Positions 10,105-19,410 of a stretch of DNA of 60,330 nt are shown one piece after another. Below the pieces are notes generated by a model. That model made no database searches. It was given only the letters and a program-made list of their open reading frames with translations, and was not told the DNA's origin. This DNA comes from Candidatus Velthaea sp. (GTDB taxonomy: Bacteria; Vulcanimicrobiota; Vulcanimicrobiia; Vulcanimicrobiales; Vulcanimicrobiaceae). The stretch is from positions 1-60,330 of the forward strand of contig CBDCCS010000005.1 of NCBI GenBank assembly GCA_965214935.1. Reading direction: 5' to 3'. Numbering within the stretch: the stretch's first letter is position 1; every line of letters begins with the position of its first letter. Both the position numbers and the translations under genes were made by a program.

Positions 10105-10575
10105 TCAGGTAACGGCGCCCGATGTAACGTGATCGTTGAAATGTGTTGCGAGCGCCGCTTCGAGATCGGAAAACCGTGTCAGCCACGCGTCGTCATGCAG
10201 CGGCCACGTCTGCAGTTCGCGGACGATAACCGCTGCGAGAACCAGCGTCGTATCTGCCGGCCGATATAACGCGTTCGCGCGGCCGCTGCGTACGGCGCTT
10301 GCGGAAAGCGAGGCGACTTCGCTGGTGCCGAGCGCTTGAATTGCCGCGGCACAGCGGGCAAAAGCGCGACCGCGCGCAGTCGGTCCGTTCGCACGTCGCA
10401 CACGTTGCATCAATTCGGCGATTCGCCGATGCACGAGCCGAATGCTCGCATCGCTCGCTGAAGCCGGCGCAGGTCCGACCGCATCTGCAGCCGCAGCGGA
10501 ACCCAGCGACGTCGCAAAGCTGCCGGCGAGAAACAACGCCGCTTTACGCCGCGAAACAACGAACGATCGATCCAT
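10105..10575 (-). CDS. Hypothetical protein with putative twin-arginine (Tat) signal peptide
   Basis: VSRRKAALFLAGSFATSLGSAAAA N-terminus; GGAG upstream of ATG; ends at the terminator. Confidence 0.6.
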   Translation of the reverse strand: MDRSFVVSRRKAALFLAGSFATSLGSAAAADAVGPAPASASDASIRLVHRRIAELMQRVRRANGPTARGRAFARCAAAIQALGTSEVASLSASAVRSGRANALYRPADTTLVLAAVIVRELQTWPLHDDAWLTRFSDLEAALATHFNDHVTSGAVT

Positions 10576-10685
10576 GAAGTGCTCCGTAAGAATTGCAGTC
10601 CACTCGTTCCCGAACGGCTTCGCCTCAAACGACGCAGCTCGCGTATTTAAAATGCGTATTGCGCTTGCTTTGCAACGCGGCGCAG

Positions 10686-11972
10686 CTACACCGGATCGCG
10701 CATGAGCGCCGTCCGAGCGTGGCCTGGTAAGCCCTCGAACTCAGCAAGTTTAGCGAGCGTCTCACGATCGCCGGCCATGCGCGCCCGACTATTTTCGATC
10801 AGCGACATCGTGCGGTAAAAATCTGCAGTATGGAGGCCGGATGAGAAACGTGCCGCCCCCGAGGTCGGCAGCACGTGATTGCTGCCGGCAATGTAGTCGC
10901 CCGCCGCAACGGGCGTATCGTTACCGATGAAGATTGCGCCGGCGCGCCGGATTCGCGCGACGAGTTCGTACGCTGAAGCCGTCTGCAACGATAGGTGTTC
11001 GGGTGCAAAGCGTTCGATCACGTCGAGCACTTGCAATTCGTCGGCGGCGAAGATCAGGTAGGTGCCGTCGCGCAGAACGCGCTCGACGATTTCATTGCGA
11101 CCGGTTGCGCGTGCAAAGTCACCGCGGAGTAACGCTGCGACGGCCTCGAGCACACTGCGGTCGCGCGAGACCGCCGCGACGCGCGCCAACGGATCGTGCT
11201 CCGCTTGCGCGATGAGTTCACCGGCGACGAAGCGCGGATTCGCATGGGCGTCGGCAACGACCAGCACTTCGGACGGGCCGGCCAACCCATCGATCCCGCA
11301 CACACCGAAGATTTGCCGTTTCGCTTCGGTTACATACACATTGCCCGGACCGACGATCTTATCGACCGGGGCGATTGTCGGCGTGCCGTAAGCAAGTGCA
11401 GCGACGGCTTGCGCTCCGCCGACCGCGTAGAGTTCGTCGACGCCCGTCAAGCTGCACGCATACACGATCGCTGCGTTGACGCCGCCGCCGGCAGCCGGCG
11501 GGGTCGTCACGACGACGCGTTCGACACCGGCGACCTTCGCCGGCACGACCGTCATGAGCACCGATGACGGATATCGCGCGGTACCGCCGGGAACGTAGGC
11601 ACCGATATTGCCCAGCGGCCGATGCAGCAACTGGCTTAGCGTGCCGTCGAGGGTATGATATGAAACGTCGACCGGCTTTTGTCGAAAGTGAAAGTCTTCG
11701 ATGCGCTCGCGGGCGATCTCCAGGCCGGCGGCGATCGCTTCGGGTACGAGGGACCGCGCATGCTTGCGCGATGGAATGGCGACGCGCAGATCGTCGAAGG
11801 TATACGCCGGATCGTCAAAGCGTTGCGTGTATTCGACGAGCGCGTCATCGCCGCGCGCACGCACGTCGTCGATGATCGCGCTTACCCGTGTGCGGATCTC
11901 GGACGGCGGATCCCAGCCGCCGGAATACAGCCGCGCAAGAGCGACATAATCGTTAGCGTCGGCGAAAATCAT
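10686..11972 (-). CDS. hisD: Histidinol dehydrogenase
   Basis: GAYVPGG, GGAQAVAALAYG, GPGNVYV, AGPSEV, QAEHD, APEHL, GDYIAGSNHVLPT. Confidence 0.96.
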   Translation of the reverse strand: MIFADANDYVALARLYSGGWDPPSEIRTRVSAIIDDVRARGDDALVEYTQRFDDPAYTFDDLRVAIPSRKHARSLVPEAIAAGLEIARERIEDFHFRQKPVDVSYHTLDGTLSQLLHRPLGNIGAYVPGGTARYPSSVLMTVVPAKVAGVERVVVTTPPAAGGGVNAAIVYACSLTGVDELYAVGGAQAVAALAYGTPTIAPVDKIVGPGNVYVTEAKRQIFGVCGIDGLAGPSEVLVVADAHANPRFVAGELIAQAEHDPLARVAAVSRDRSVLEAVAALLRGDFARATGRNEIVERVLRDGTYLIFAADELQVLDVIERFAPEHLSLQTASAYELVARIRRAGAIFIGNDTPVAAGDYIAGSNHVLPTSGAARFSSGLHTADFYRTMSLIENSRARMAGDRETLAKLAEFEGLPGHARTALMRDPV

Positions 11973-12014
11973 AGTGCGGCAATTCGTGCAAGCTGTGCCG
12001 AACACTGTCTGCCG

Positions 12015-13388
12015 TCAGGTGCGTGCAGCGACGAGCGCCCAATTAATGCTGTCGAGTAAGGCTTTGGTGACCGGGCGCTTCCCGCGCACGATCCGCTCGC
12101 GAAGCAGGGTAGCGGCGACGTTGCTTTGCGCGAGGCGTGCGAAGCTACGCGCGTCGGCTTCGCGGTCGAACGGTGCGAAGTACGCGGTATCACCGAGCAC
12201 CACCGGACGTCCGGCATGCGGCCCGATGAGCCGGAAACGCGGCTCTGCATAGAAGCCGGCAACACCGACTTTCCACGGTGCGAAGCTGTATGGGCCGACA
12301 CCGAACAGTGCAAAACGCGGCGCCGAACGATAGATCGAGGATTTGCGCGCCGCAATGCGGTCGGCATGGCGCGATAAGTAACGCCATAATCGCGGCGCGT
12401 TTTCGCGCAGTGTTTGCGTATCGGCACCGAGCCGCATCTGTGGAACGATCAAGGCGGTCGGCTCGATGCGGCCGGAATGCAACGCCCGCGCTTTGCGTAG
12501 CGGGTAGACGAACGCCGCTTCGACATCGACCTCCTCTCCGAAGCCGTTGCGCCATGCGCCCGTTTCGTCGCAGCGTAACTCGAACACATCGGCGGCATCG
12601 TGTTTGATGCCTTGCCGAAATCGCGGGCCGTTGCATTCGCCGGTGCCCGCGAGCGGAGCCGCCGGCGCAACAAATGCGACCGGCGGACCGCCGAACGCTG
12701 CTCGAATCGGAATCGGCGCTTCGAGCGTGCCGTGCGGCCGAACCGCCAGCAGCAGACAACACGCATCGACAGCGACACCGAACCAGGCACGCGCATCGAT
12801 GCGTACGATCTCCGCCGTCGTGACTCCGAAGCGCGCCCCGTCCGCGGCAGCGATGAGCTTGCGCGCGACGCTTTCCTTTACCAGGCAGGCGAATTGCACC
12901 GGCAGTGCATGCAAATCACGCAACAGCTTGAGCAGCAAGAACTCTGCGACGTCGAAGTTTGCCGCGCCCGTTCGGGCGGCAAGACCGCGCAATCCGCTGC
13001 GGTTCGAACGCGGCGGCGTTGGGACGGAAGCGTATCGCCCGAGCGCGGCGGTCGTTATCCAGGGCGGGTTGCCCACGACGAGCAACGGGCCGCTCGTTCG
13101 CCACCGAAGCGCTGCGAAATCAAGTGCGTACGCATCGCCGTATTCAATGCGCAGCCGTGGTTCGCAAGACTGCAACCGCACGAGTTCCGCTTCGTACCGT
13201 CGGCGTTGGACTTCAACGCCGATAAACTCGGCTGCTTGCGGATACGCGGTCGCCGCAGCCGCTAAAAACGAACCGCTGCCGCAGGTCGGTTCGAGGATCC
13301 GCGCCGGCCGAATGCCGCGTTCGCAACATGCCGCAAGGACCGCTCGAGCCAAAGCCGGCGGCGTTTGATAATCGCCGAGGGCGTTCAC
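12015..13388 (-). CDS. SAM-dependent N6-adenine DNA methyltransferase (gamma-class motif order), no cognate nuclease adjacent
   Basis: Motif X GDYQTP, motif I ILEPTCGSGSFL, motif IV VVGNPPW, then a C-terminal target-recognition region; GTG start overlaps hisG TGA. Confidence 0.85.
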   Translation of the reverse strand: MNALGDYQTPPALARAVLAACCERGIRPARILEPTCGSGSFLAAAATAYPQAAEFIGVEVQRRRYEAELVRLQSCEPRLRIEYGDAYALDFAALRWRTSGPLLVVGNPPWITTAALGRYASVPTPPRSNRSGLRGLAARTGAANFDVAEFLLLKLLRDLHALPVQFACLVKESVARKLIAAADGARFGVTTAEIVRIDARAWFGVAVDACCLLLAVRPHGTLEAPIPIRAAFGGPPVAFVAPAAPLAGTGECNGPRFRQGIKHDAADVFELRCDETGAWRNGFGEEVDVEAAFVYPLRKARALHSGRIEPTALIVPQMRLGADTQTLRENAPRLWRYLSRHADRIAARKSSIYRSAPRFALFGVGPYSFAPWKVGVAGFYAEPRFRLIGPHAGRPVVLGDTAYFAPFDREADARSFARLAQSNVAATLLRERIVRGKRPVTKALLDSINWALVAART

Positions 13389-14026
13389 GCCGCCGGTTGC
13401 GCGTCGAGCCGGTTCAGCAGATCGACGATCGAGCGATACTTTGCCCGGAAACGGACGGCGTTCACGACAAAGCGCGCGGTACTCTCGGCGATTTCGGCGA
13501 CGATGACCATGTCGTGTTCGCGAAGCGTCTTGCCGGTTGCCACCAGGTCCACGATGACGTCGGCGAGGCCCACGAGCGGGCTCAATTCAACCGAACCGTG
13601 CAAGGGGATCAGTTCGACGGGCAGATCGCGCTCAGCAAAATACGTCTCGGCCGAGCGGCCGAATTTCGTTGCGACACGCAAGAACGTCGGGAACGGCGCA
13701 CCTTCGTGATAGCGATCGATGCGCCGCGCGGCGACGACGAGCCGGCAATAGCCGAAGCCGAGATCCGCCAGCTCGCTGACGGTGCGATCGGTTTCCCACA
13801 GGACGTCTTTGCCGACGATCCCGCAATCGGCGGCACCGAACTCGACGTATGCCGGAACGTCGGTCGGCCGCAGCAAAAGCAACTCGGCGCGCCCGTCGGC
13901 CGTGGTCACGGTGAGCCGGCGGCCGGGGTCCGTCGGCACGTCGATGCCGGCCGCGCGCAAACGCGACGCCGCCTCGACGTACAAGGCACCTTTGGGCAGC
14001 GCAATGACGAGCTTGTCGGCGATCAT
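13385..14026 (-). CDS. hisG: ATP phosphoribosyltransferase, short form
   Basis: IALPKG, RPTDVPAYVEFGAADCGIVGKD, GSVELSPLVGLADVIVDLVATGKTLREH; about 213 aa; ATGA overlap with hisZ. Confidence 0.96.
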   Translation of the reverse strand: MIADKLVIALPKGALYVEAASRLRAAGIDVPTDPGRRLTVTTADGRAELLLLRPTDVPAYVEFGAADCGIVGKDVLWETDRTVSELADLGFGYCRLVVAARRIDRYHEGAPFPTFLRVATKFGRSAETYFAERDLPVELIPLHGSVELSPLVGLADVIVDLVATGKTLREHDMVIVAEIAESTARFVVNAVRFRAKYRSIVDLLNRLDAQPAA

Positions 14027-15228
14027 TTCGCCTCCCATTTGGCGGTCACCGTATGGGCGGGCAGCCGTTCGTCGAGCGGGGTCACGCGGATTTCACGCAC
14101 GCTGCCGTTCGTTGCAATCACGACCCGCGGAATATGATGCGCGCGCGCATCGGCGATGAGTTCGCGCTCATTGAATTCAGCGCTGGCGAAGCGCACGACG
14201 TTGCCGGCGGCGCGCTCGCGTGCGGCGACGACGTCTGAACCGCTGACGACGACATCGACGCGATGACGCCGCCGTACGACGTGTTTGCCGCGCCGTTCGA
14301 GCGCGATGAGCAACTGCTCGACCCCCGCGGTCCAGCCGACCGCCGGCACGTCGAACCCAAAGCGCGGCAGCAAGCTATCGTAGCGTCCGCCGCCGCAAAG
14401 CGAAAAGCCGACTTCGGGCACGTAGCCCTCGAAGATGAATCCGGTGTAGTATTCCAGATCGCGTAGCAGCGCTAGATCGACTTGCACGCGCGCGGCATAG
14501 CCGAGGAGCGCCGTGCGCCCGAGCAACGCTGCGAGCCGGTCGAGCGCGGCAATCGATGTCGCCGTCCGGCAGACACGCCGCGCGAGGTCGAGGACCTCGA
14601 CGCCGCCGCGGGCCATTGCATATTGCACGAGTTCCGGCTGTAATGCCCGTAGCGCTACGATGTTGCGCTCCTTCATAAAGCCTTTGGCGACCAGTGCCGT
14701 TGCGGCGTCGAGTCCGACTCCGGCGAGAATGCCGTCGACGACGCTGGCGTCGTTCACGTCGAAGAGTGCGTCGTGGAGCCCGATTTCATCGAGCGTCTCG
14801 ATCGCCATGAACAGCGTTTCGGCATCGGCATCGACGCCCGGTGAACCGATGAGCTCCACGCCGCCCTGCGTGAGTTCGCGCAGCCGGCCTTCCTGCGGCT
14901 GATCGTAATACCGGTAGACCGGCGTTACGTACGAGAGCCGCAATGGTAAGGGTGCCTCGCGCATGCGCGTCGAGACGAGCCGCGCGATCGGCGTCGTCAT
15001 CTCGGGTCGCAACGCCAGCGCCGTCGCACGCCGGTCGCTAAAGCGATACGCCTGATCGACGAGTTCGGCGCCTAAGCCGCGTTCGAGTACGTCGAAGCGC
15101 TCGAAGGTCGGCGTCTGCACTTCTTGATACGCCCAGCGCCCGAAGACGGCGCGGATGACGAGTTCGACGTCGCGCTTGCGCCCGAGTTCGTACGGCAGCC
15201 AATCACGGACGCCGGCCGGCAGTCTCAC
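14023..15228 (-). CDS. hisZ: ATP phosphoribosyltransferase regulatory subunit
   Basis: HisRS-like fold (LPAGVRDWLP, LRPEMTTPIAR, YYTGFIFEGY, GGGRYD) directly upstream of short hisG. Confidence 0.93.
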   Translation of the reverse strand: MRLPAGVRDWLPYELGRKRDVELVIRAVFGRWAYQEVQTPTFERFDVLERGLGAELVDQAYRFSDRRATALALRPEMTTPIARLVSTRMREAPLPLRLSYVTPVYRYYDQPQEGRLRELTQGGVELIGSPGVDADAETLFMAIETLDEIGLHDALFDVNDASVVDGILAGVGLDAATALVAKGFMKERNIVALRALQPELVQYAMARGGVEVLDLARRVCRTATSIAALDRLAALLGRTALLGYAARVQVDLALLRDLEYYTGFIFEGYVPEVGFSLCGGGRYDSLLPRFGFDVPAVGWTAGVEQLLIALERRGKHVVRRRHRVDVVVSGSDVVAARERAAGNVVRFASAEFNERELIADARAHHIPRVVIATNGSVREIRVTPLDERLPAHTVTAKWEAK

Positions 15229-18200
15229 GGAGCGCCCTCGCGGACGTTGCTTTCGCCGACGATGCTCGCAAGGCGCATGCGCATTTGTGCAGCCGGGGCA
15301 AGCGCTCGCACGACGGTGTCGCCGTTAACATGCACGACGAGCGGAATCGGTCCGGGCCACTCGGCGAGCAAGACCGCCAACTCATCGATTTGCGCTTTGC
15401 GTGAAACGGTCACATGCCAGCCGGCAACTTTGGGCGGCGGCGCGCTGCGTTCGTAACGCGAAACATCGTTTGCCGTAACGCTCAGTTCCAGCGGGGTTTC
15501 TTCGCCGGGCGTCGAGCCGCGGCGTTCGCGTAATCGTAAGCGGCCGTTGACAATAACGATTGCATCTTCAACGAAGAAGCCTTGCAGCAGCGCATACTGT
15601 TTGGGAAAAACGACGACTTCAATTGCGCCCGCCATATCTTCCACGGTCGCGATGAGCATTTGCGATTGCGCCTTGGTCATCGTGCGCCGCACCGCGGTGA
15701 CTAGGCCCGCAATGCGAACCGGTGCGTCGTCTTCCATCGCGCGCAACGTCTTGACCGGCATCGCGCCGCCGCGAACGAGCGCTTCCGCGACGTCCGACAG
15801 GGGGTGACCCGAGACGAAGATGCCGAGCGTCTCTTTCTCCCAGGCGAGCGCTTCGAGCGTCGACGGCGGCGCTAAGGGACGCAGCACCTGGGCCAGCGAC
15901 GGCGTCGTGTCGGCAGTCTCTCCGAAGAGTGAAAACTGGCCCAATTCGCGGTCGCGCGCGGCACGGTTCGCGCCTTCGAGCGCCGGGTCGAGCGCGTCGA
16001 GCAATTGCGCGCGATTACCGGGCAACGTATCGAACGCGCCGCATTTGATGAGCGCCTCGTATGTTTTTCGATTGACGAGTTTAGGGTCGACGCGCCGGAC
16101 GCAATCGAAGAAGTCGCCGAAGCGGCCGCCGCTATCGCGCGCCGAGAGGATCGCTCGCACGGCACCGGCGCCGATGCCTTTGACTGCGGCCAGACCAAAG
16201 CGAATTTGCGTGCCGACGACCGCGAAATCGACCAGCGATTCGTTGATGTCCGGCGGCAACACCGCCACGCCGAGCTTCTTTGCTTCATCGATGTATTCGA
16301 CGAGTTTATCGGTCTTATCGCGGACCGAGGTCATGAGCGCGGCAAAGTATGCAACGGGGTGGTTGGCTTTGAGAAACGCGGTTTGATACGCGATCCAGCC
16401 GTACGCGGCGGCGTGCGATTTATTAAAGCCGTAACCGGCAAACGGTTCGACGAAGGCAAAGATATCGGCGGCTAAGGCGGCGTCCATGCCGCTGGCGATC
16501 GCCGCGCCCGCGATGAATTTCTCGCGGTAAACCGGGATCTTCTCTTTCTGCTTCTTGCCCATGACTTTGCGCAATTCATCGGCTTGACCCATCGAGAAGC
16601 CGGCGACGTCGCGCGCGATCTGCATGACTTGTTCTTGGTAACAGGCGATTCCGTACGTCTCGCCCAGTATCGCGACGAGCTTGGGATGCAGATACGTCGG
16701 TTGCGTCCGGCCGTGTTTGTTGGAGATGTACTGCGGAATCCAGTCCATCGGCCCGGGCCGGTAGAGTGCGACGAGCGCGATGATATCGGCCAAGGTCGAC
16801 GGCTTGAGATCAATGCAGACCCGGCGCATACCCTCGGATTCGAGTTGGAAGACGCCGAGCGTTTCGCCGCGGCCGAGCATGTCATAAGTGCGCGCATCAT
16901 CGTCGGGCAGCAGCGCGAGATCGAAGGCGGCATCGGTGGTGCGCCGGATCTCATCGGTCGCACTTTTCATGACGGTGAGATTGCGTAGACCCAAGAAGTC
17001 CATCTTGAGCAGACCGACGCGTTCGACGTCACCCATCTCATACTGCGTGTTGACGTCGCCTTCGCCGATGCGCACGAGCGGCACGTGTTCGATGAGCGGA
17101 TTTTTCGAGATAACGACGCCGGCGGCATGGGTCGAAGCATGCCGGGCCAAGCCTTCGATCGAGCTCGCCGTATCGATCAAGCGGCGGATTTGCGGGTTCA
17201 TGTCGTAGAGAAGTTTGAGTTCGGCGATCTGGTCCAGAGCTTTGGCGATCGACAAGCCGCCCGGGCCCGACGGAATGAGTTTGGCGACGCGGTCGACATC
17301 CGGTAACGGCACCGCGAGCGCCCGGCCGGCATCGCGAATCGCTGCACGCGCGGCCATCGTTCCGAAGGTGACGATTTGGGCGACCCGGTCTTTACCGTAC
17401 TTTTGCGTGACGTACGCGATGACTTCGTCACGCCGCTCGACACAGAAGTCGGTGTCGATGTCGGGCATCGAGATCCGATCCGGATTGAGAAAACGCTCGA
17501 AAATAAGCCCGAATTTCAGCGGGTCGAGATCGGTAATCTGCAGACAGTAAGCGACGAGCGAACCGACCGCCGAACCGCGGCCCGGGCCGACGGGGATGTC
17601 GCTATCTCGCGCAAATTTGATGAAATCCCACACGATGAGAAAATACGACGCGAAGCCCATCTTGATGATGACGCCTAGTTCGTATTCAAGCCGCTCGCGC
17701 AAGCCGGTATCGGTGCGCGACCGCTCGCTGCCGTAGCGCTGGGTCAAGCCTCGTTCGCAGACCAAGCGGAGATATTCGTCGGCCGACATCTCGACGGTAC
17801 GCGCTCCGCCGGCGTTGTTTGCGGATTCTTCGCTCGCCACCCCGGCCAGCACGCCGGCGATGTCGTCGGCGGCGGTCTTGGGCACCGGGTAATCGGGCAG
17901 ATAGAAGACCTTCTCCGGTATCTTGATATCGATGCGTTTGACGATGGCCAGCGTGTTGTCGCAGGCATCCGGAACGTCGGCGAAAAGCTCGCGCATTTCG
18001 TGCGGCGACTTCACGTAAAATTCGTCGGAGAAAAACTTCATGCGGCTGGTGTCGGCAACGGTTTTGCCGGTACCGATACACAGCAGAACGTCGTGCGCTT
18101 GGGCATCGCTGCGCGAAAGATAGTGCGAGTCGTTCGTGGCCACGAGCGGCACATCGAGTTCGCGAGCTATCGCAATCAAACCGTCGTTGATGATCTCTTC

Positions 18201-18734
18201 TTCGGGCATTCCGTGCCGCATGATCTCGATGTAAAAACGGTCGCCGAAGATTTGCGAAAACATCTGCGCGTTTTTCTTCGCGGTTGCGCGGTCGTTCTTG
18301 AGCAGCGGTGCAGCGACGAGTCCCGACATGCAACCCGACAAGACGATGAGTCCGGCGTGATGCTGGGCGAGCAGATCCATATCGATGCGCGGCTTGTAAT
18401 AGTAGCCCTCGAGAAAGCCTTTGGAGATGAGCGCGGTGAGATTGCGATAGCCTTCATCGCTTGCGGCAAGCAGCGTGATGTGCGCTTCGTCGCGTACGGT
18501 CCGGTCGAAACGCCCGCGCGGCGCGATGTACGCCTCGCAACCGATGATGGGCGTCAATCCGTATTTGCGCGATGTGTCGTAGAAATCAACGGCTCCGAAC
18601 ATCACGCCATGGTCGGTCAGCGCGACTCCCGGCGCGCCGGTGTCCGCGGAACGCCGGCACAGATCGTCGACGCGGCACGCGCCGTCCAGCAGCGAATATT
18701 CACTATGCACGTGCAGATGAACGAAAGAACTCAC
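15225..18734 (-). CDS. dnaE: DNA polymerase III alpha subunit
   Basis: PHP domain HLHVHSEYSLLDG, GPGRGSAVGS, MPDIDTDF, KMDFLGL, YGFNKSH; 1169 aa. Confidence 0.98.
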   Translation of the reverse strand: MSSFVHLHVHSEYSLLDGACRVDDLCRRSADTGAPGVALTDHGVMFGAVDFYDTSRKYGLTPIIGCEAYIAPRGRFDRTVRDEAHITLLAASDEGYRNLTALISKGFLEGYYYKPRIDMDLLAQHHAGLIVLSGCMSGLVAAPLLKNDRATAKKNAQMFSQIFGDRFYIEIMRHGMPEEEIINDGLIAIARELDVPLVATNDSHYLSRSDAQAHDVLLCIGTGKTVADTSRMKFFSDEFYVKSPHEMRELFADVPDACDNTLAIVKRIDIKIPEKVFYLPDYPVPKTAADDIAGVLAGVASEESANNAGGARTVEMSADEYLRLVCERGLTQRYGSERSRTDTGLRERLEYELGVIIKMGFASYFLIVWDFIKFARDSDIPVGPGRGSAVGSLVAYCLQITDLDPLKFGLIFERFLNPDRISMPDIDTDFCVERRDEVIAYVTQKYGKDRVAQIVTFGTMAARAAIRDAGRALAVPLPDVDRVAKLIPSGPGGLSIAKALDQIAELKLLYDMNPQIRRLIDTASSIEGLARHASTHAAGVVISKNPLIEHVPLVRIGEGDVNTQYEMGDVERVGLLKMDFLGLRNLTVMKSATDEIRRTTDAAFDLALLPDDDARTYDMLGRGETLGVFQLESEGMRRVCIDLKPSTLADIIALVALYRPGPMDWIPQYISNKHGRTQPTYLHPKLVAILGETYGIACYQEQVMQIARDVAGFSMGQADELRKVMGKKQKEKIPVYREKFIAGAAIASGMDAALAADIFAFVEPFAGYGFNKSHAAAYGWIAYQTAFLKANHPVAYFAALMTSVRDKTDKLVEYIDEAKKLGVAVLPPDINESLVDFAVVGTQIRFGLAAVKGIGAGAVRAILSARDSGGRFGDFFDCVRRVDPKLVNRKTYEALIKCGAFDTLPGNRAQLLDALDPALEGANRAARDRELGQFSLFGETADTTPSLAQVLRPLAPPSTLEALAWEKETLGIFVSGHPLSDVAEALVRGGAMPVKTLRAMEDDAPVRIAGLVTAVRRTMTKAQSQMLIATVEDMAGAIEVVVFPKQYALLQGFFVEDAIVIVNGRLRLRERRGSTPGEETPLELSVTANDVSRYERSAPPPKVAGWHVTVSRKAQIDELAVLLAEWPGPIPLVVHVNGDTVVRALAPAAQMRMRLASIVGESNVREGAP

Positions 18735-19410
18735 GGGTAGCGGCGGATCCTATCGGAGAGCGAGGCGGGGCAACATCGAAGCGAGCGGTGTATCTACCAT
18801 AGAAACGCTTTGACGACCCGTCGCTGCATGGCGGATCGGTCCGGCCGAAGCAGGCCGGCCGGCAGCACGCGTTCGCCGGGCTTGCCAAACGCGAACGTGC
18901 GGTACTCGCGTCGCGCCGAACGTTGCGACAAGCTTGAAATTCGAGCGCGTGAGAGCTACGGCGGGTCGAACGAAATGTGGCACCTGCCGCTTCTCTGTGC
19001 GAGAGCGGCATCAAGCGCAGCCGGCTCAACATCCCTCGGGCGTCATCCAAGTGCTAGCGCGATGTGCAATGAGTCGGGCGTCGCAAGCGGTGCGAAACAG
19101 CCGCAAGAACCCTAGCGGTTTGCCGGCAGCTACGGCACGCTGCGGCACGCAAGGCTCGGTATCCGCCACATGCCCAGCGAGCGCAAGCTCTCATCGTTTG
19201 CGCGCATCTGGTACACAATGCCGCGGGTGGCCACCGACGATCGAAGAATTGTGCGACCTTGGTAATCTCGAATCACCGCCCGACCGTGTAAACTACGGTG
19301 GAACGGCGCTCGCGGTCGCCGGCGCGTTTGGTTTGCATTTTGACGGTAGTGATCGGTTGGATTGCGGTTTGCCGCTTCTCGACAAGACGCCGGTTGGGAG
19401 TTCGTTCAGG

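Noticed and set aside
17790..17880. Possible intein in DnaE
   Set aside because: Only about 28 aa, with no Cys/Ser start or His-Asn end
18934..19410. 159-aa N-terminal extension of SdhA
   Set aside because: No recognisable domain or Tat motif; an RBS and TTG sit just before the FAD-binding motif at 19411
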